From contig OZ024740.1 in the NCBI GenBank assembly GCA_964016885.1, positions 13,206,001 to 13,270,000 on the forward strand: a DNA stretch of 64,000 nt. Reading direction: 5' to 3'. A program made the position numbers and the translations under genes. Origin of the DNA: Eledone cirrhosa. Its lineage: Eukaryota. Positions 42,895 to 58,352 of the stretch are shown here, in pieces (the stretch's first letter is position 1; the number at the start of each line of letters is the position of its first letter). The notes under the pieces were generated by a model, which was not told the origin of the DNA, made no database searches, and saw only the letters and a list, made by a program, of their open reading frames with translations.

Positions 42895-43085
42895 ACTCCA
42901 GGTAGAGCCGCCACTTCTCCGAATTGAGGGATCACAGCTCTGATATTACAGACATGTGGTTAGAATGTCTCAGAAAAGAATCACTGGAAAGATTTGTAGC
43001 TGGGAGATCAGAGATTCACTCCAGGTAGAGCTGCTACTTCTCTGAATTTAGAGATCACAGCTCTGATACTATGGACATGTGGTTA
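42895..43085. repeat. Diverged direct repeat with ~122-bp period
   Basis: actccaggtagagc.gc.acttct..gaatt.ag.gatcacagctctgata.ta..gacatgtggtt at ~42895 and ~43017. Confidence 0.75.
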
Positions 43086-43660
43086 TCAAACAGTGAGCTA
43101 CAGAGGCGACGACGTGCAGCCAGGAATGAAGAAAACCGGGCCAAACAGCGCCATCGGAACACCGAAATTTAGCGGCGAAGATGTGCCGCCATGAATGAAG
43201 AGTAGTTGGCTGAACAACGCCAACAAAACACTGGAGCCAAGCAGCGACGGCGTGCTGCGATCGATTAAGACGAACTGGCTGTGCATCATCTTTATATTAA
43301 TCATCTATATCTATATCTACATATAATATAAAAGATTGGAACTTCCATCATCCTTTTGAGAAACGTGGAACAACCACGTCTATGCAATGATACACATTTT
43401 ACAGTCAGGCAGAAGATGAACCATCTCCTGGAGGTCACTATTCTAGATGGGGGCACCTAGAATTGTTCATATACTATGCACAAACGGTACAACGAAGAAT
43501 CTGGTATATCTGGAAGATTTTTTTTTACTGTTTTTTGTATCACACAGACACCACGGACTCGCCTCATACTGTAACCAGACAAACATCCAATACAGTCATT
43601 TTCTCTTTTACCTGTCTTCTCTTATCTGTTTACCTGGGCGAAGCTGGGTACGTCAGCTAG
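43083..43660 (+). mobile_element. Helitron-like element; near-identical inverted copy at 61483-62059
   Basis: 3' hairpin cc(t/c)gggcgaagctggg followed by CTAG|T; internal tctatatctacatataatataaaag resembles a Helitron 5' end. Confidence 0.65.
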
Positions 43661-43717
43661 TATATATATATATGTATACATGTACATATATATATATTTA
43701 ACCCCCCACCCCACCCA

Positions 43718-43778
<61 letters not shown>

Positions 43779-43779
43779 A

Positions 43780-43965
43780 AGAAGGAGTTGTGGTAAGGAA
43801 CCAGATGGACCATAACGCACCAGAGTACTCAATCCTTAGGGTAGTAGAGTGGGTAATAGGAAAAAGTATGACCCCGACGGCAGAGCTCAAGCCGTTTCGA
43901 CGGCTATTTCTGGAAATAGCCGTAAACGGCTTGAGCTCTGCCGTCGGAGTCATACTTTCTCCTAT
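43780..43965. repeat. Dispersed repeat with fold-back (hairpin 43856-43965); related pieces at 45527-45656, 52975-53002/58755-58825, 60060-60110 and 63254-63327
   Basis: Shared gtggtaaggaacca..ggaccataacgcaccagagtactc and gaaacggcttgagctctgccgtcggggtcatact. Confidence 0.75.
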
Positions 43966-43996
43966 ACATATGTATATTTATATATGCCCCCCCCCC

Positions 43997-44034
<38 letters not shown>

Positions 44035-44505
44035 AAGTTGGACGAAAAGTTAACAACAATATCATCTATTGAAGTATGTATATATTTTAATGGACTTAAA
44101 TTGCTGAATTAACAATACAAACACACACAAACATGTATACACACGCACATATACACTCACTCACATGTACACACACACATACACGAATATATACACACAC
44201 ATGTACATATACACACACGTACATATACACACACATGTACATATACACACACGTACATATACACACACACGTAAATATACACATACACATACATATACAC
44301 ACACATATACACGTACACGCATATATACACACACATTTACATATACATACACACATACATGTACACACACGCACATACACACACGCTAACATACACACAT
44401 ACACGTACATATATACACACCTGCACATATCAACACGCATATACACACACGAAACAACAAAACAAATCCCTCCCCCCAACCCCAACCCCAACCACCACCA
44501 CCACC

Positions 44506-44541
<36 letters not shown>

Positions 44542-44673
44542 GTATATATGAAACTCTAATTGATTTGAAACAAAATTTCGAGTTGTTTCTCTCAATTTAA
44601 AACAATATTTTTTGTTCGCCAGAAATTTTTCCTCGTTAAAATTCTAATGGTTATATATGTATGTATATATGTA

Positions 44674-44766
<93 letters not shown>

Positions 44767-44915
44767 ATATATATATATATGTATATATGTATATATATAT
44801 GTAAATATGTATATATATATATATATGTATATATGTATATATATGTGTATATGTATATATATATGTGTATATGTGTATATATGTGTTGAATGATAATGAT
44901 ATACCATTATTGTTT

Positions 44916-45326
44916 AGTTCCAGAGGCTAGCAGCGACGAGAGATACATAGTCTTGATAAGGGGCAATAACTCCGAAATAATTGTCAACTATTTTCTCTCT
45001 ACTATCGCTGGAAGAGGATGACGTCAATTATAAAAAAAACACACATGGTGTTATGAGACCGTTTGCTGGCTAACGAACGGGGTCGATAAAATAAAGTACC
45101 AGTAATGTACTGAGTAATTGCTAGCCTTGTGCCTAAAGTAGAAACAATTATTGTTTATATACGGTTCGTTAGCCAGCAAACGGTCTCATAACAACATGTG
45201 TGTTTTTTTTATAACTGACGTCATCCTCTTCCAGCGATAGTAGAGAGAAAATAGTTGACAATTATTTCGGAGTTATTGCCCCTTATCAAGACTATGTATC
45301 TCTCGTCGCTGCTAGCCTCTGGAACT
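44916..45326. mobile_element. Inverted repeat with ~163-bp arms, convergent HHRs and a SINE-tail-like spacer
   Basis: 44916-45078 matches 45164-45326 in reverse; spacer ggggtcgataaaataaagtaccag...gccttgtgcctaaagtagaaacaattatt. Confidence 0.75.
44947..44991 (+). ncRNA. Type I hammerhead, U3-A8 variant, with extended stem I (mirror copy on - strand, 45251-45295)
   Basis: atagtc-TTGATAA-gggg-caataa-ctcc-GAAAT-AATT-GTC-aactat; stem I continues through gagaga/tctctc and cagcga/tcgctg. Confidence 0.65.
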
Positions 45327-45669
45327 GTTGAGAATACATAGTATTCTCAAGGGTATACTTCGGCTAATTAGCCGAATTTGCAAACAGATCGATTTTACGG
45401 TCGGCCTTGCAACGAACCGAATATTGATAATGTTATTATAATATGATTATTATTTACCCGCGAATACATTTAGGTATCTGTATCTGCCGTGTTGGAGCAA
45501 AAACAAATGTATATATATATATATAACGAAGGAAGTGTGGTAAGGAACCATAACGCACCAGAGTATTCTTAGGGTAGTAGAGTGGGTAATAGGAAAAGAG
45601 TCACTCTACTACCCCAAGTATCGAGCTCAGCCATCTGGGTCCTGACTCTTTTCCTATATAGATATATAG

Positions 45670-45710
<41 letters not shown>

Positions 45711-45835
45711 TATACAAGCATCGGATTTAGAGTATTCCACAGTTCACAGTAATAATAATTGTTTCTAATTTAGGCACAAGGCCAGCAATCAATAATATTA
45801 GCTCAAAGAACAGAGAATTTTCAACTGAGCTCGAA

Positions 45836-48315
<2,480 letters not shown>

Positions 48316-48391
48316 CTTAGCAACCTGGCAAAACTCAGGGATGCAAAAACGCTAAGTTTTATCAATTTCACAATTAAGAAAAACAAGAGAG

Positions 48392-48426
48392 TTTGACGTT
48401 TCGGTCATAAGTCCTTCTTCTGGAAA
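48392..48426 (-). ncRNA. Degenerate minimal hammerhead motif
   Basis: Minus strand reads tttc-CAGAAGA-agg-acttatga-cc-GAAAC-GTC-aaa; U4>A. Confidence 0.45.
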
Positions 48427-48707
48427 TGGAGAGTTCGGAGAGTCAGGAGAGAGAGAAAAGGTTGCAACATCGGAGTTTGGAAAGAAGTTGTAGATAGTGT
48501 GGATGCATTTAGATATGTGTTTAGGCATGTAGAACGACGCGTATACATACATATACATGTACACACACACACAGACATATATATAAATATACATATATAC
48601 GTGTGTATATATATATATATAGAAATACATATATATTTATATATATGTGTATATATAAACATATATATATACATATATATGTGTGTATATATATATATAT
48701 ACATATA

Positions 48708-48741
<34 letters not shown>

Positions 48742-48834
48742 GTAATAATAATAAAATTGAAGACTAAAATCCAAAGAAGATCCCGTTAAGGGTGAAAGCA
48801 GCGATTCTTTGCTTAAACTTTAACTGTTATTTTA

Positions 48835-48880
<46 letters not shown>

Positions 48881-48937
48881 ATATATATATATATAATAAA
48901 TATATATATATTTATATATATGTGTATATATATATCT

Positions 48938-48993
<56 letters not shown>

Positions 48994-49193
48994 CTTTATA
49001 TCTAATAATCTCCCATTAGGTTGAGATACAAATTTGGCTGTATTGTGCTGTGCTTTCTAGCAAATAGCCACCAGCCGTAAGCAACTATCACACCCCTTCC
49101 AACCTGTCCGCTCCTACGGCATGATTCTTAGCCATTTTGAATGTATTCTCGGCGCGATCACTTTGGAAAATTTAATGTCTAGATTAGTGCAAA

Positions 49194-49266
49194 CTCCTGA
49201 AGAGTCCGATGCTCGAATTTCCGAATATATTGGAAATCTCAAAATGCGGACGAAACCATGGTAGAG
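49194..49266 (+). ncRNA. Type I hammerhead ribozyme
   Basis: ctc-CTGAAGA-GTCCG..atttccga/ttggaaat..CGGAC-GAAAC-CATG-GTA-gag then AATAAA. Confidence 0.8.
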
Positions 49267-49563
49267 GTAAATAAATGTATTCTCTTTTCTCCTAGTTTAT
49301 TTTACACCTAATTCTGTTTAATTAACTGTATTTATCTGGGCGATTACACTGTCGAAATATTCAATAAATATTCCGTCGCAGCCGACGCGAAGGGCTAGTT
49401 TCGGGTATTTGTTGGGGATTTCTTCATAGAAGCCTTATTCTTATAGCCTAGTCTATTCGTTTTTTTATATAGTTGATTATGCTAATTGGGAGAGGAAATG
49501 GTATATATTTTATCTGGTGATTCTATAGACATATTTTATGATATATATATATATATATATATA

Positions 49564-50110
49564 TAAAATAAAGTTAAATAAAAGTCAAATGAATAAAATT
49601 TAGCTTCGTTTATTACTGCTATATATATTTCAGTGACAGCCATCTTTGGCTGTGACCTCTTTAGGCAGTCCGAATTAGTATGGTATAGACAAGTACATAT
49701 GTTGTTTAGGTGTATAATATTGTCAATACTCTGATATGCCCAGTTCCTTGTTGGGTTGTTATTTCACTGAGGAACTGGAGTCATATCCAGTTAATATGAC
49801 TCCAGTTCCTCAGTGAAATAACAACCCAACTAGGAACTGGGCATATCAGAGTATTGACAATATTATACACCTAAACAACATATGTACTTGTCTATACCAT
49901 ACTAATTCAAACTGCCTAAAGAGGTCACAGCCAAAGATGGCTGTCACTGAAATATATATAGCAGTAATAAACGAAGCTAAATTTTAATCATTTGACTTTT
50001 ATTTAACTTTATTTTACACTACTCCGGAGTAACCAAACCAACCTGCGCACTTCGTCGAGTGCTCTAGCCTGCATACTAAGGTGTTGGTATACAACCAACA
50101 TAAACTCAAA
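49564..50110. mobile_element. Fold-back mini-element (arms 49564-49786 and 49794-50016) plus tail; HHR motifs at 49615-49669 (-) and 49911-49965 (+)
   Basis: actgc-CTAAAGA-ggtc-acagcca-aaga-tggctgt-cact-GAAAT-ATAT-ATA-gcagt-AATAAA; G5>A in both arms; (TA)n flanks. Confidence 0.8.
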
Positions 50111-50150
50111 ATCTATATATAGATATATATAGATATAGATATATATACAC

Positions 50151-50199
<49 letters not shown>

Positions 50200-50201
50200 T
50201 A

Positions 50202-50243
<42 letters not shown>

Positions 50244-50321
50244 AAGAAAGAGAGAGAGGCAAAGAGAAATTGATTGTGAATAGAGCACTAATTTCATGCT
50301 ACAAAAGTCAGAAATAAGACT

Positions 50322-50482
50322 GAAGACCATCACCACCACCACCACCACCGCCAACACCACCACCACCACCGCCACCACCACCACCACGATCACCACCATT
50401 ACCACCACCACCATCACCACACCACCACCACCACCTCCACCAGCACCACCACCACCACAACAACGACAACAACCACAACAAT
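50322..50482. repeat. (ACC)n/(AAC)n trinucleotide tract
   Basis: Seen directly. Confidence 0.9.
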
Positions 50483-51033
50483 TATAACAACAGATACGTA
50501 TTTCCACAGCAACGTCATCACAAACATCAAACATATTAGTAGCATCATAACTTAAAGTACCGACAATACAATGTATATACACATGTATGTATATATGTAT
50601 ATCTGTCTGTCTGTACATATGTATGTATGTAAGTATATATGTATTACGTATATATGGATATATGTATATATGTATGTATATATATGTATGTATGTGTGTA
50701 TGTATATATGTATGTATACATACATGCATGTATGTTTATGTATATATGTATATACGTATGTAACTATGTATGTATGTTTGTTTCTATATACGTATGTATA
50801 TATGTCTCTATATATATATGTATGCATGCATATCGTTATATATAGATATTAAATTTAATTTTCTATAAGGTTATATATCCATCCACACATGTTCACACAC
50901 ACACACACACATATATATATAATATAAATGTGATATATATATAATATAAATGTACATATATATATATATATAATATAAATGTACATATATATTCATATAT
51001 ATATATATATATAATATATATATAAATATATAT

Positions 51034-51592
51034 ATATTGTTATACTTTGGGAGGGTCATGTTGCCAATAAGAAACACACGCACCAGTTGTTTTCACTTCA
51101 ATTTATTATAATAAATTTATAAATTTTGGAATTTATAAATTTCCGGTTGGCTGGTTGGTTCCATAACCGGACGGTTGTTCATATATTGTCAAAGTTCTTT
51201 CGTCACACATTCTGTCACCTCTTCAGTGACTGGGATTCTTTTCTTTGTTTTTGTGCCACTCCTTTGTTCTGTCCTACGCCAAACAAGATGGCGTAGGACA
51301 GAACAAAGGAGAGGCACAAAAAACAAAGAAAAGAACCCCCAGTCACTGAAGAGGTCACAGAATGTGTGACGAAAGAACTTTGACAATATATAAACAACCA
51401 TCTGGTTGTGGAACCAACCAACCAACCGGAAATTTATAAATTCCTAAATTTATAAATTTATTATAATAAATTGAAGTGAAAACAACTGGTGCGTGTGTTT
51501 CTTATTGGCAACATGACCCTCCCAAAGCATAACAATATCGGTTTCAACACACGTTTTCAGATAAAGAATCTTGCTAAACAAATTCAGAAACG

Positions 51593-51595
<3 letters not shown>
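51034..51595. mobile_element. Palindromic double pseudo-LTR of the 46-48 kb PLE family (51034-51538) plus tail; HHRs at 51188-51230 (-) and 51342-51384 (+)
   Basis: Apex gtcctacgcca-aacaaga-tggcgtaggac; gtca-CTGAAGA-g-GTCACA-gaatg-TGTGAC-GAAAG-AA-CTT-tgac; (TA)n flanks. Confidence 0.85.
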
Positions 51596-51638
<43 letters not shown>

Positions 51639-51652
51639 CATATATATATATG

Positions 51653-51703
<51 letters not shown>

Positions 51704-51857
51704 CCGATTGTGTCGTTATTTCTGTTTACCTTTTACATACATACATATGTATATATATAAATATAAATGTAAGCAAGAAAGTAAGTGTTGGTAAAATCCA
51801 GTTCTTCAGTATGCGGATAGGGAGCACTCAACGAAGATATAAGTTCCGGAGTTATAA

Positions 51858-52299
51858 TAGTGACGAAACATAAGTCAATTGCATGAACTCATAATCCTTT
51901 ATTTACTGCTATATATATTTCGATGATAGTCATTGAATGGCTATGACCTCATCAGGCAGTTAATCAATTCTTAGATATGCCAGCTCTGTGTTTATAGTGC
52001 TCATGGTATCAGAGCCTTGGGACATATGAGCTTGTTTGGAATAATTTAATGTTAGCAGGAATAGTCTTAATTCTAACCAATGAGAATTAAGACTATTCCT
52101 ACTGACATTAAATTATTCCTAACAAGCTCATATGTCCCAAGGCTCTGATACCATCAACACCATAAACACAGAGCTGGCATATCTAAGAACTGACTAACTG
52201 CCTGATGAGGTCATAGCCATTCAATGGCTATCATCGAAATATATATAGCAGTAAATAACGGATTATGAGTTCATGCAATTGACTTATGTTTCGTCACTA
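51858..52299. mobile_element. Fold-back mini-element with HHRs at 51905-51960 (-) and 52197-52252 (+)
   Basis: Arms 51858-52074 and 52083-52299 with scattered mismatches. Confidence 0.82.
52197..52252 (+). ncRNA. Type I hammerhead ribozyme with intact core
   Basis: actgc-CTGATGA-ggtc-atagcca-ttcaa-tggctat-catc-GAAAT-ATAT-ATA-gcagt; predicted cut after 52247. Confidence 0.8.
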
Positions 52300-52326
52300 A
52301 ATATAAATGTATATATATATATTAAT

Positions 52327-52976
52327 ATATATGAAAAATATGGGGAGAAGAATACTGCATGGTTGCACATGGATAACATGTTATAAAATGAGTCCCTCAT
52401 CAGTAATTTGCCAAACGATCATGGGTATTTCATCACATTAAAAATCATATACCTCACGTTGGAGCGATAATAACTAAAATAAGTTATTAGGACAATTGAA
52501 ATGCGTAAAGCGAGTGAGACAAGTAAACAACACAGGGGAAAGCTAACCGAAGATGGAAATAAACACAAGCAACATGGTTATTCTATCAGCATAAGCTGTG
52601 TGAATATATGAGCGAGTCAAGAAAACAGACCTTTCGCTAGTGAATCCGATGTTAGAAAGAAGGAAAATCGTTTTCGTAGCGAACGGGAGGAAGTAAGAAG
52701 GGGAGAAACAGAGAGTGAGTGAGTGGAAGTGCGAGGAAGAGGTCAGTAGAGAGAAAGTGTTAACTGACATGACAGAGGGGACGAAAGAAAGTAAGAGAAA
52801 CAGAGAGAACGAGGGAGCAGTAAGAGAGAAAGCGAGAAACACAGAATCGCAGTTTAGGTAAATATATGAAAAATATGGGGAGAAGAATACTGCTGGTTGC
52901 ACATGGATAACATGTTATAAAATGAGTCCCTCATCAGTGATTTGTCAACGATCATTGGTATTTCATAGACCTCACG
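52327..52976. repeat. Direct repeat pair (52327-52458 and 52862-52976), 535 bp apart
   Basis: atatatgaaaaatatggggagaagaatactgc...gagtccctcatcagt...acctcacg occurs twice. Confidence 0.8.
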
Positions 52977-53002
52977 AAGGAATTGTGGTAAGGAACCAGA
53001 TG

Positions 53003-53404
53003 TGTAGCAGTGAATGAAATGTATTTTCCTTCTGCGGCGGAATGGTGTTACGGAGGTAAGTTGGCTGAAGTGTGAGCCAATCGAAACCTTCGGTGCACTA
53101 ATTGGACTGTCCAGAACTACGTCACCAGGTGAGCGGAGGTAACCAAGAGAGACATTAGTCTACACGCACCTCTCTTATCGACAAGACCAGGCTACACTCA
53201 TCGCTGCTAACAACATCTCCATCTTGCAATGAAGCGGACCAAACTACATCCTACACATGTAGATACGACCTGTACCTAATGTATCCGTTCAACATGTACG
53301 ACTAATAAATAGAGTTACAACATCGATAATGGATTTAATCAATGTTCTAAATGCCTTCTGATTTCTATTATGTATACCAAGAATTGACCCTAAAACCCGT
53401 TATA
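53003..53404 (+). repeat. 5' LTR
   Basis: TGTAGC...CCCGTTATA with AATAAA inside; matches 58353-58754. Confidence 0.95.
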
Positions 53405-53406
53405 AA

Positions 53407-53424
53407 TGGTGACCCCGACGTGAT
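53407..53424 (+). promoter_or_regulatory. Primer-binding site complementary to the tRNA-Trp 3' end
   Basis: TGGTGACCCCGACGTGAT, 2 nt after the LTR, is the reverse complement of ATCACGTCGGGGTCACCA (metazoan tRNA-Trp 3' end, recalled rather than searched). Confidence 0.85.
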
Positions 53425-54084
53425 ACGATACAACAAATCACATTATAAATGGTGACCCGAACGTTTAAGGACATCAACACAGAAGAAACCACATCTTTCC
53501 GTTGCAACGAACACATCAACATTTCGCATTCCCCCCCCCCCCCCCCCCCCAAAAAAAAACAAAGCCACTCGCCTTTTCTCGGGGTATGTACGCGATTAGC
53601 TTGAGTCCTAATATGTATTTGATATATTGTCTTATTGTTACTAAATCTGCACATCACACCTTCACTTTCTAACATCACCGAACACATGCGTTAATACAAA
53701 AATCTTATTTTTTCCTCTCAATTTCTGATTGGGCGACGCTATAAAAAAAACAAAAAAAACTGTTGGCGCCGATAGCCAGTCAGAGCAAGATGGCCGACTT
53801 CCGTCTTCTTCAGCTGTTTTCCCGCCAAAATGACGGAGGCAACGCCATTTTGAAAAGTACACAAAAAAAAAAAATAAATAAATAAAATAATAGGACAAAG
53901 ATAAATCATAATTTTTTTTTTTAAAGCTTGACGTTTTTCCCTCCAACATTGTTTTTGATATATTTTTCTTTTTCTGTCTTTCACTCGGATTATATTTTTT
54001 CTTGGCCTGAATTTTCACTTTTGTCTCGGTGACAGGTGCAGAGTTGTCCTTTCTTTGCCCTTTGCTTTTACATCAGTATACACA

Positions 54085-54993
54085 ATGGGTAGCACTTCAT
54101 TGCCACCGTTTACCGGTGACGTCACTGTCTGGTTCGCCCAGATAGAAGCACATTTCACAGCGAATAACATCACCAGTGACCACAGACAGTTAAATCTCCT
54201 GTTAAGCGCTTTTCCAGCGTCATTGACGTCGGTCGTCAAAGACTTAATTACAGATCCTCGCCCTGGGGCCACCTATGAGAGCGTGAAACTCGAAGTGTTG
54301 CGGCGGACCACATTGTCCGCAGAAAAAAAATTTCAGACGCTCGTCAATGACGAACATTTGGGTGATCGGACGTCCACACAACTACTGCGTCGGATGAGAG
54401 AGCTGGCGGAAGATGCCCCAGCTGACAGTGCCCTCCTTAGACAGCTTTTTGTCTCAAGGCTACCCCCCGGAGTTCAGGCGATCTTAGCGCCCATGATGGA
54501 GGCTGCTCCTGTCGACCAGCTAGCGGCTTCGGCCGACAGGGTTATGAGTGTCATCGGACACCCAGCCTCATTTGCCCCCTTCCAGGCACCTCAGCCACCG
54601 GCTGCGGTCAATCCGTTCTCTCCTGCCTCCTTCCAGGCACCCCAGCCACCGGCTGCGGTCAATCCGTTCGCTCCTGTCTCCTTCAATGCATCCCAGCCGC
54701 CGACTGCGGTCGCCTCCTTCACTCCAGCGGCTGCCAGTTATACCGACCAGTCACTTGCAAATGCAGCAATGCTGCAAGCAATAGAGCAGCTAACCAAGGA
54801 AGTGAGAAAACTAAGCACTCACAGGGCTCATTCGCCCAGACGCCGTTTCCAGAGCCGTTCACCCTCGCCACGACGCCGTCACACAGGCAGTTCAGGTTTG
54901 TGTTACTACCACAGCCGTTTTGGCGCAGCAGCACGCTCCTGTAAACAGCCTTGTACATTTTCGGACCAGGGAAACAGATTTCAGGAGACCTGA
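54085..54993 (+). CDS. gag: Gag of Ty3/Gypsy element
   Basis: ATG at 54085; LPPF...WFAQIEAHF...[16 protein letters not shown]; C-terminal Cys/His knuckle [18 protein letters not shown]; internal ~17-aa Pro/Ala repeat. Confidence 0.9.
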   Translation: MGSTSLPPFTGDVTVWFAQIEAHFTANNITSDHRQLNLLLSAFPASLTSVVKDLITDPRPGATYESVKLEVLRRTTLSAEKKFQTLVNDEHLGDRTSTQLLRRMRELAEDAPADSALLRQLFVSRLPPGVQAILAPMMEAAPVDQLAASADRVMSVIGHPASFAPFQAPQPPAAVNPFSPASFQAPQPPAAVNPFAPVSFNASQPPTAVASFTPAAASYTDQSLANAAMLQAIEQLTKEVRKLSTHRAHSPRRRFQSRSPSPRRRHTGSSGLCYYHSRFGAAARSCKQPCTFSDQGNRFQET

Positions 54994-57900
54994 GCACGGC
55001 ACAGTCTCCTCTGACCCTCCCTAATAACCGTGTGTTTTTCATCACAGACACTGAGTCGCAAGCACGTTGTCTGATCGACACCGGCGCGGCTTGTAGCATT
55101 TGGCCGCTAAAACTTCTCAAAGAGAAACCCCAACTCTCAACCGTCTCTCTGCAAGCAGTAAACCAGTCACCGATCCCCACGTACGGTCAGATTTCTCGTT
55201 CTTTGAACCTGGAATTGCGTAGAGATTTCACGTGGATCTTCACTGTTGCTGATCTGCCTTACCCCATCCTAGGCTCAGATTTCCTGCACCACTATAACTT
55301 GATAGTGGATATGCGCAGACGCCGGTTGTTGGATGCCAACACAGAACTGTCTGTGCCGGGTACCAGATCGACTGTCTCGTCGGTCAGCCCGGTCTTCTTT
55401 ATCGCTGCTACAGAAAATCCTTACCAATCACTTTTGCATTCCTTCCCGGAATTAACAAATTTGAATTTTGTGATGAGTGAGCCTACTCACTCCACCAAGC
55501 ACCACATTGAAACATCCGGAGCTCCTGTGTTTTCGCGCCCTCGCCGTCTCTCTGCTGAGAAACTGAAGGCCGCAAAGGCTGAATTCAATCACATGCTGCA
55601 GCTCGGGATCATTCGCCCATCCTCAAGCCCGTGGGCCGCACCCTTGCATTTGGTACCAAAGCGTTCCGGTGATTGGCGTCCCACTGGGGACTTTCGCCGG
55701 TTAAATACAATGACGGTACCCGACCGCTACCCGATACCACACATACAGGATTTTGCATCTTCGCTGCATGGATGCAACATATTCTCCAAATTGGATTTGG
55801 TCAAAGCATACCACCAAATCCCGGTGAACCCGGCAGACATACCTAAAACTGCAGTAACAACTCCATTTGGAGCGTTTGAATTTTTGACCATGCCTTTCGG
55901 TTTGCGAAACGCAGCCAGCACGTTCCAACGATTTATGGATGAAGTTGTGCGCGATTTAGACTTCGTGTACAACTACATCGACGACATTCTTGTGGCAAGT
56001 GCCTCACCTGAGGAACATGTCAATCACCTCCGTCTCCTGTTCGAGAGATTTCAAAAATACCAAGTGAGAATTAATCCGGCAAAATGTGTTTTCGGTGCTT
56101 CCTCACTTGTCTTCTTGGGCCATGTCATCAGCCCAGAAGGAATTTCGCCACTACCTGATAAAGTGAAAGCGGTACAAGACCTCCAACCACCCACTTCACT
56201 TCGTCAACTACGACATTTCCTTGGGCTACTGAACTATTACAGGCGCTTTATCCCACACTGTGCGGATCTCCTGTCTCCTCTGTCCGACCTGTTACGTAAC
56301 AGGAAAAAGAAGAACGATTCCATTTCATTGGACACGAATCAGCTAAAAGCCTTCGACGAAGTGAAGCGGAAGCTTGCGGAGACATCACTGCTTGCACATC
56401 CTGTGTCTGGTGCCCAGTTTTCACTGGTTGTTGATGCATCAGGCACAGCTGTAGGTGCAGTACTGCAACAACATCACCAACAACAGTTACAACCTCTTGC
56501 CTACTTTTCTAAACAGCTGAAGCCTGCAGAAACACGGTATAGCACATTCGGCCGTGAACTCTTGGCTATGTACCTTGCAGTGAAACACTTTCGGCATTCA
56601 CTGGAGGGTCGCCAATTTGTTATATACACTGACCACCGTCCGCTTACGTTCGCACTGCGTTCTAAGCCGGACAAATATTCACCTCGCGAAACTCGCCACT
56701 TGGACTTCGTTTCGCAATTTACCAGCGATATCCGACACATCTCTGGTGAACAGAATGCGGCGGCAGATGCACTGTCTCGCCTCCCAATTAATTCCCTGTC
56801 ATCGCCAGCGGAAATCGACCTCCAACGAATGGCCACAGAACAACCACCTCTGGATACTTTGGACCTCTCGTCTTCTGAATTTGCAACTGGCAAATTTGCA
56901 TATCTGCCTGTGCCCACTTCGGACACACAGATTATCTGCGACACCTCGACAGATGCACCTCGCCCTCTAGTGCCAGTGACTCATCGTCGAGCAGTTTTCG
57001 ACACCTTGCACGGTCTGGCACACACTGGGATATCGACCACAGTGAAGCTCATTTCGGCTAGATTCTTCTGGCCTAATATGAGGCGTGACATCACTGCCTG
57101 GACACGTTCCTGCCTATCCTGCCAAAAGTCAAAGGTGCACAAACACATCCGCGCACCCCTTGGAACTTTCAGCACTCCAGACGCTAGGTTCAGCCATGTC
57201 AATATAGATCTTGTCGGACCATGGCCGGTCAGCCGAGGATTTACATACCTCCTGACCTGCATAGATCGCTTCACACGTTGGCCTGAGGCCATTCCTTTAA
57301 GTGACATTTCGGCGGAATCTGTGGCGCGAACTCTAGTATCGGGTTGGATATCTCGTTACGGAGTTCCAGCCACTATCACCACTGACCGCGGTGGACAATT
57401 TGAGTCACACCTTTTCCGAGAGCTTTCAAGGATCCTGGGAATGCAACGCATTCGAACGACCAGCTACCATCCAGCTTCTAACGGAATGATTGAACGCTTC
57501 CACCGCCAATTGAAAGCCGCACTGCGCGCTTATCCGGATCAGCAGCGGTGGAGCGAATATGTACCAATTGTCCTCCTGGGCTGTCGTGCAGCCATCAAGG
57601 AAGATCTAGGCTACTCCCCCGCCGAGTTGGTTTACGGAGTGCCTATATCTCTGCCTGGTCAGATGTTAGCTCCATTGGACCTACCAGCAACAGACCCAGC
57701 TCTGTATGTGAGCAGACTGCAATCATATTTCAGCAATCTTCCGCCTATGCACCCTCGCCAACAGACAATCAAATCTTCGGTCCCGAAAGACATTGCTTCA
57801 TGGACCCACGTCTTTTTACGAAAGGACGCCGTGAGAGCTCCTCTCATGCCACCTTATACCGGTCCCTATCGCGTGCTTGAGCGCACAGATAAGCTATTCA

Positions 57901-58130
57901 CCTTAGACATTGGGGGTAAAAAAGAGACTGTGTCCATTGACAGGGTAAAACGGGCCTATACAGACACTCTCACACAAGAGCCCCATTTTCCCCCCACATA
58001 CACCTGGCATCAGCCAAGCCACAATACACATATAACATCGCACACACCTACATCTACATATGTCACCACCACACGTAGCGGTCGGCGAGTACATTGGCCC
58101 AAGAAGCTTTGCAAGACTCTTTATATATGA
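54951..58130 (+). CDS. pol: Pol polyprotein (protease, RT, RNase H, integrase), probably expressed by frameshift
   Basis: LIDTGA; [21 protein letters not shown]; VDAS..ELLA..YTDH..ADALSR; HGLAH..CLSC zinc finger; DDE core; GPY motif. No internal stops. Confidence 0.95.
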   Translation: MYIFGPGKQISGDLSTAQSPLTLPNNRVFFITDTESQARCLIDTGAACSIWPLKLLKEKPQLSTVSLQAVNQSPIPTYGQISRSLNLELRRDFTWIFTVADLPYPILGSDFLHHYNLIVDMRRRRLLDANTELSVPGTRSTVSSVSPVFFIAATENPYQSLLHSFPELTNLNFVMSEPTHSTKHHIETSGAPVFSRPRRLSAEKLKAAKAEFNHMLQLGIIRPSSSPWAAPLHLVPKRSGDWRPTGDFRRLNTMTVPDRYPIPHIQDFASSLHGCNIFSKLDLVKAYHQIPVNPADIPKTAVTTPFGAFEFLTMPFGLRNAASTFQRFMDEVVRDLDFVYNYIDDILVASASPEEHVNHLRLLFERFQKYQVRINPAKCVFGASSLVFLGHVISPEGISPLPDKVKAVQDLQPPTSLRQLRHFLGLLNYYRRFIPHCADLLSPLSDLLRNRKKKNDSISLDTNQLKAFDEVKRKLAETSLLAHPVSGAQFSLVVDASGTAVGAVLQQHHQQQLQPLAYFSKQLKPAETRYSTFGRELLAMYLAVKHFRHSLEGRQFVIYTDHRPLTFALRSKPDKYSPRETRHLDFVSQFTSDIRHISGEQNAAADALSRLPINSLSSPAEIDLQRMATEQPPLDTLDLSSSEFATGKFAYLPVPTSDTQIICDTSTDAPRPLVPVTHRRAVFDTLHGLAHTGISTTVKLISARFFWPNMRRDITAWTRSCLSCQKSKVHKHIRAPLGTFSTPDARFSHVNIDLVGPWPVSRGFTYLLTCIDRFTRWPEAIPLSDISAESVARTLVSGWISRYGVPATITTDRGGQFESHLFRELSRILGMQRIRTTSYHPASNGMIERFHRQLKAALRAYPDQQRWSEYVPIVLLGCRAAIKEDLGYSPAELVYGVPISLPGQMLAPLDLPATDPALYVSRLQSYFSNLPPMHPRQQTIKSSVPKDIASWTHVFLRKDAVRAPLMPPYTGPYRVLERTDKLFTLDIGGKKETVSIDRVKRAYTDTLTQEPHFPPTYTWHQPSHNTHITSHTPTSTYVTTTRSGRRVHWPKKLCKTLYI
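54969..55010 (+). promoter_or_regulatory. -1 ribosomal frameshift signal
   Basis: G GGA AAC heptamer (54969-54975) in gag phase, followed by the stem aggagac/gtctcct; pol is in the -1 frame. Confidence 0.8.
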
Positions 58131-58340
58131 ACTATGTTATTTACAGCAATCTTCTTGGAGTTTGCTCCGCCCTTGTATTTGTATTAAATGTATGAACTAA
58201 GGTGAACATTACACTATTTCTGACTTTCCAGTAATATGAACATTTCTTTATCAGTGATATATTTTATTGTGTTTACTATTATATAGTACTTTTTCTTTCA
58301 TTCAACTGCTACCCTTATTTCTCTGTCGGCTGTAAGCCTA

Positions 58341-58352
58341 AGCAGGGGGTGA
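58341..58352 (+). promoter_or_regulatory. Polypurine tract
   Basis: agcagggggtga immediately before the 3' LTR. Confidence 0.7.

Noticed and set aside
54719-58094. Antisense and alternative-frame ORFs within the Gypsy element
   Set aside because: Shadows of gag-pol with no recognisable motifs; no env-like ORF was seen before the 3' LTR.
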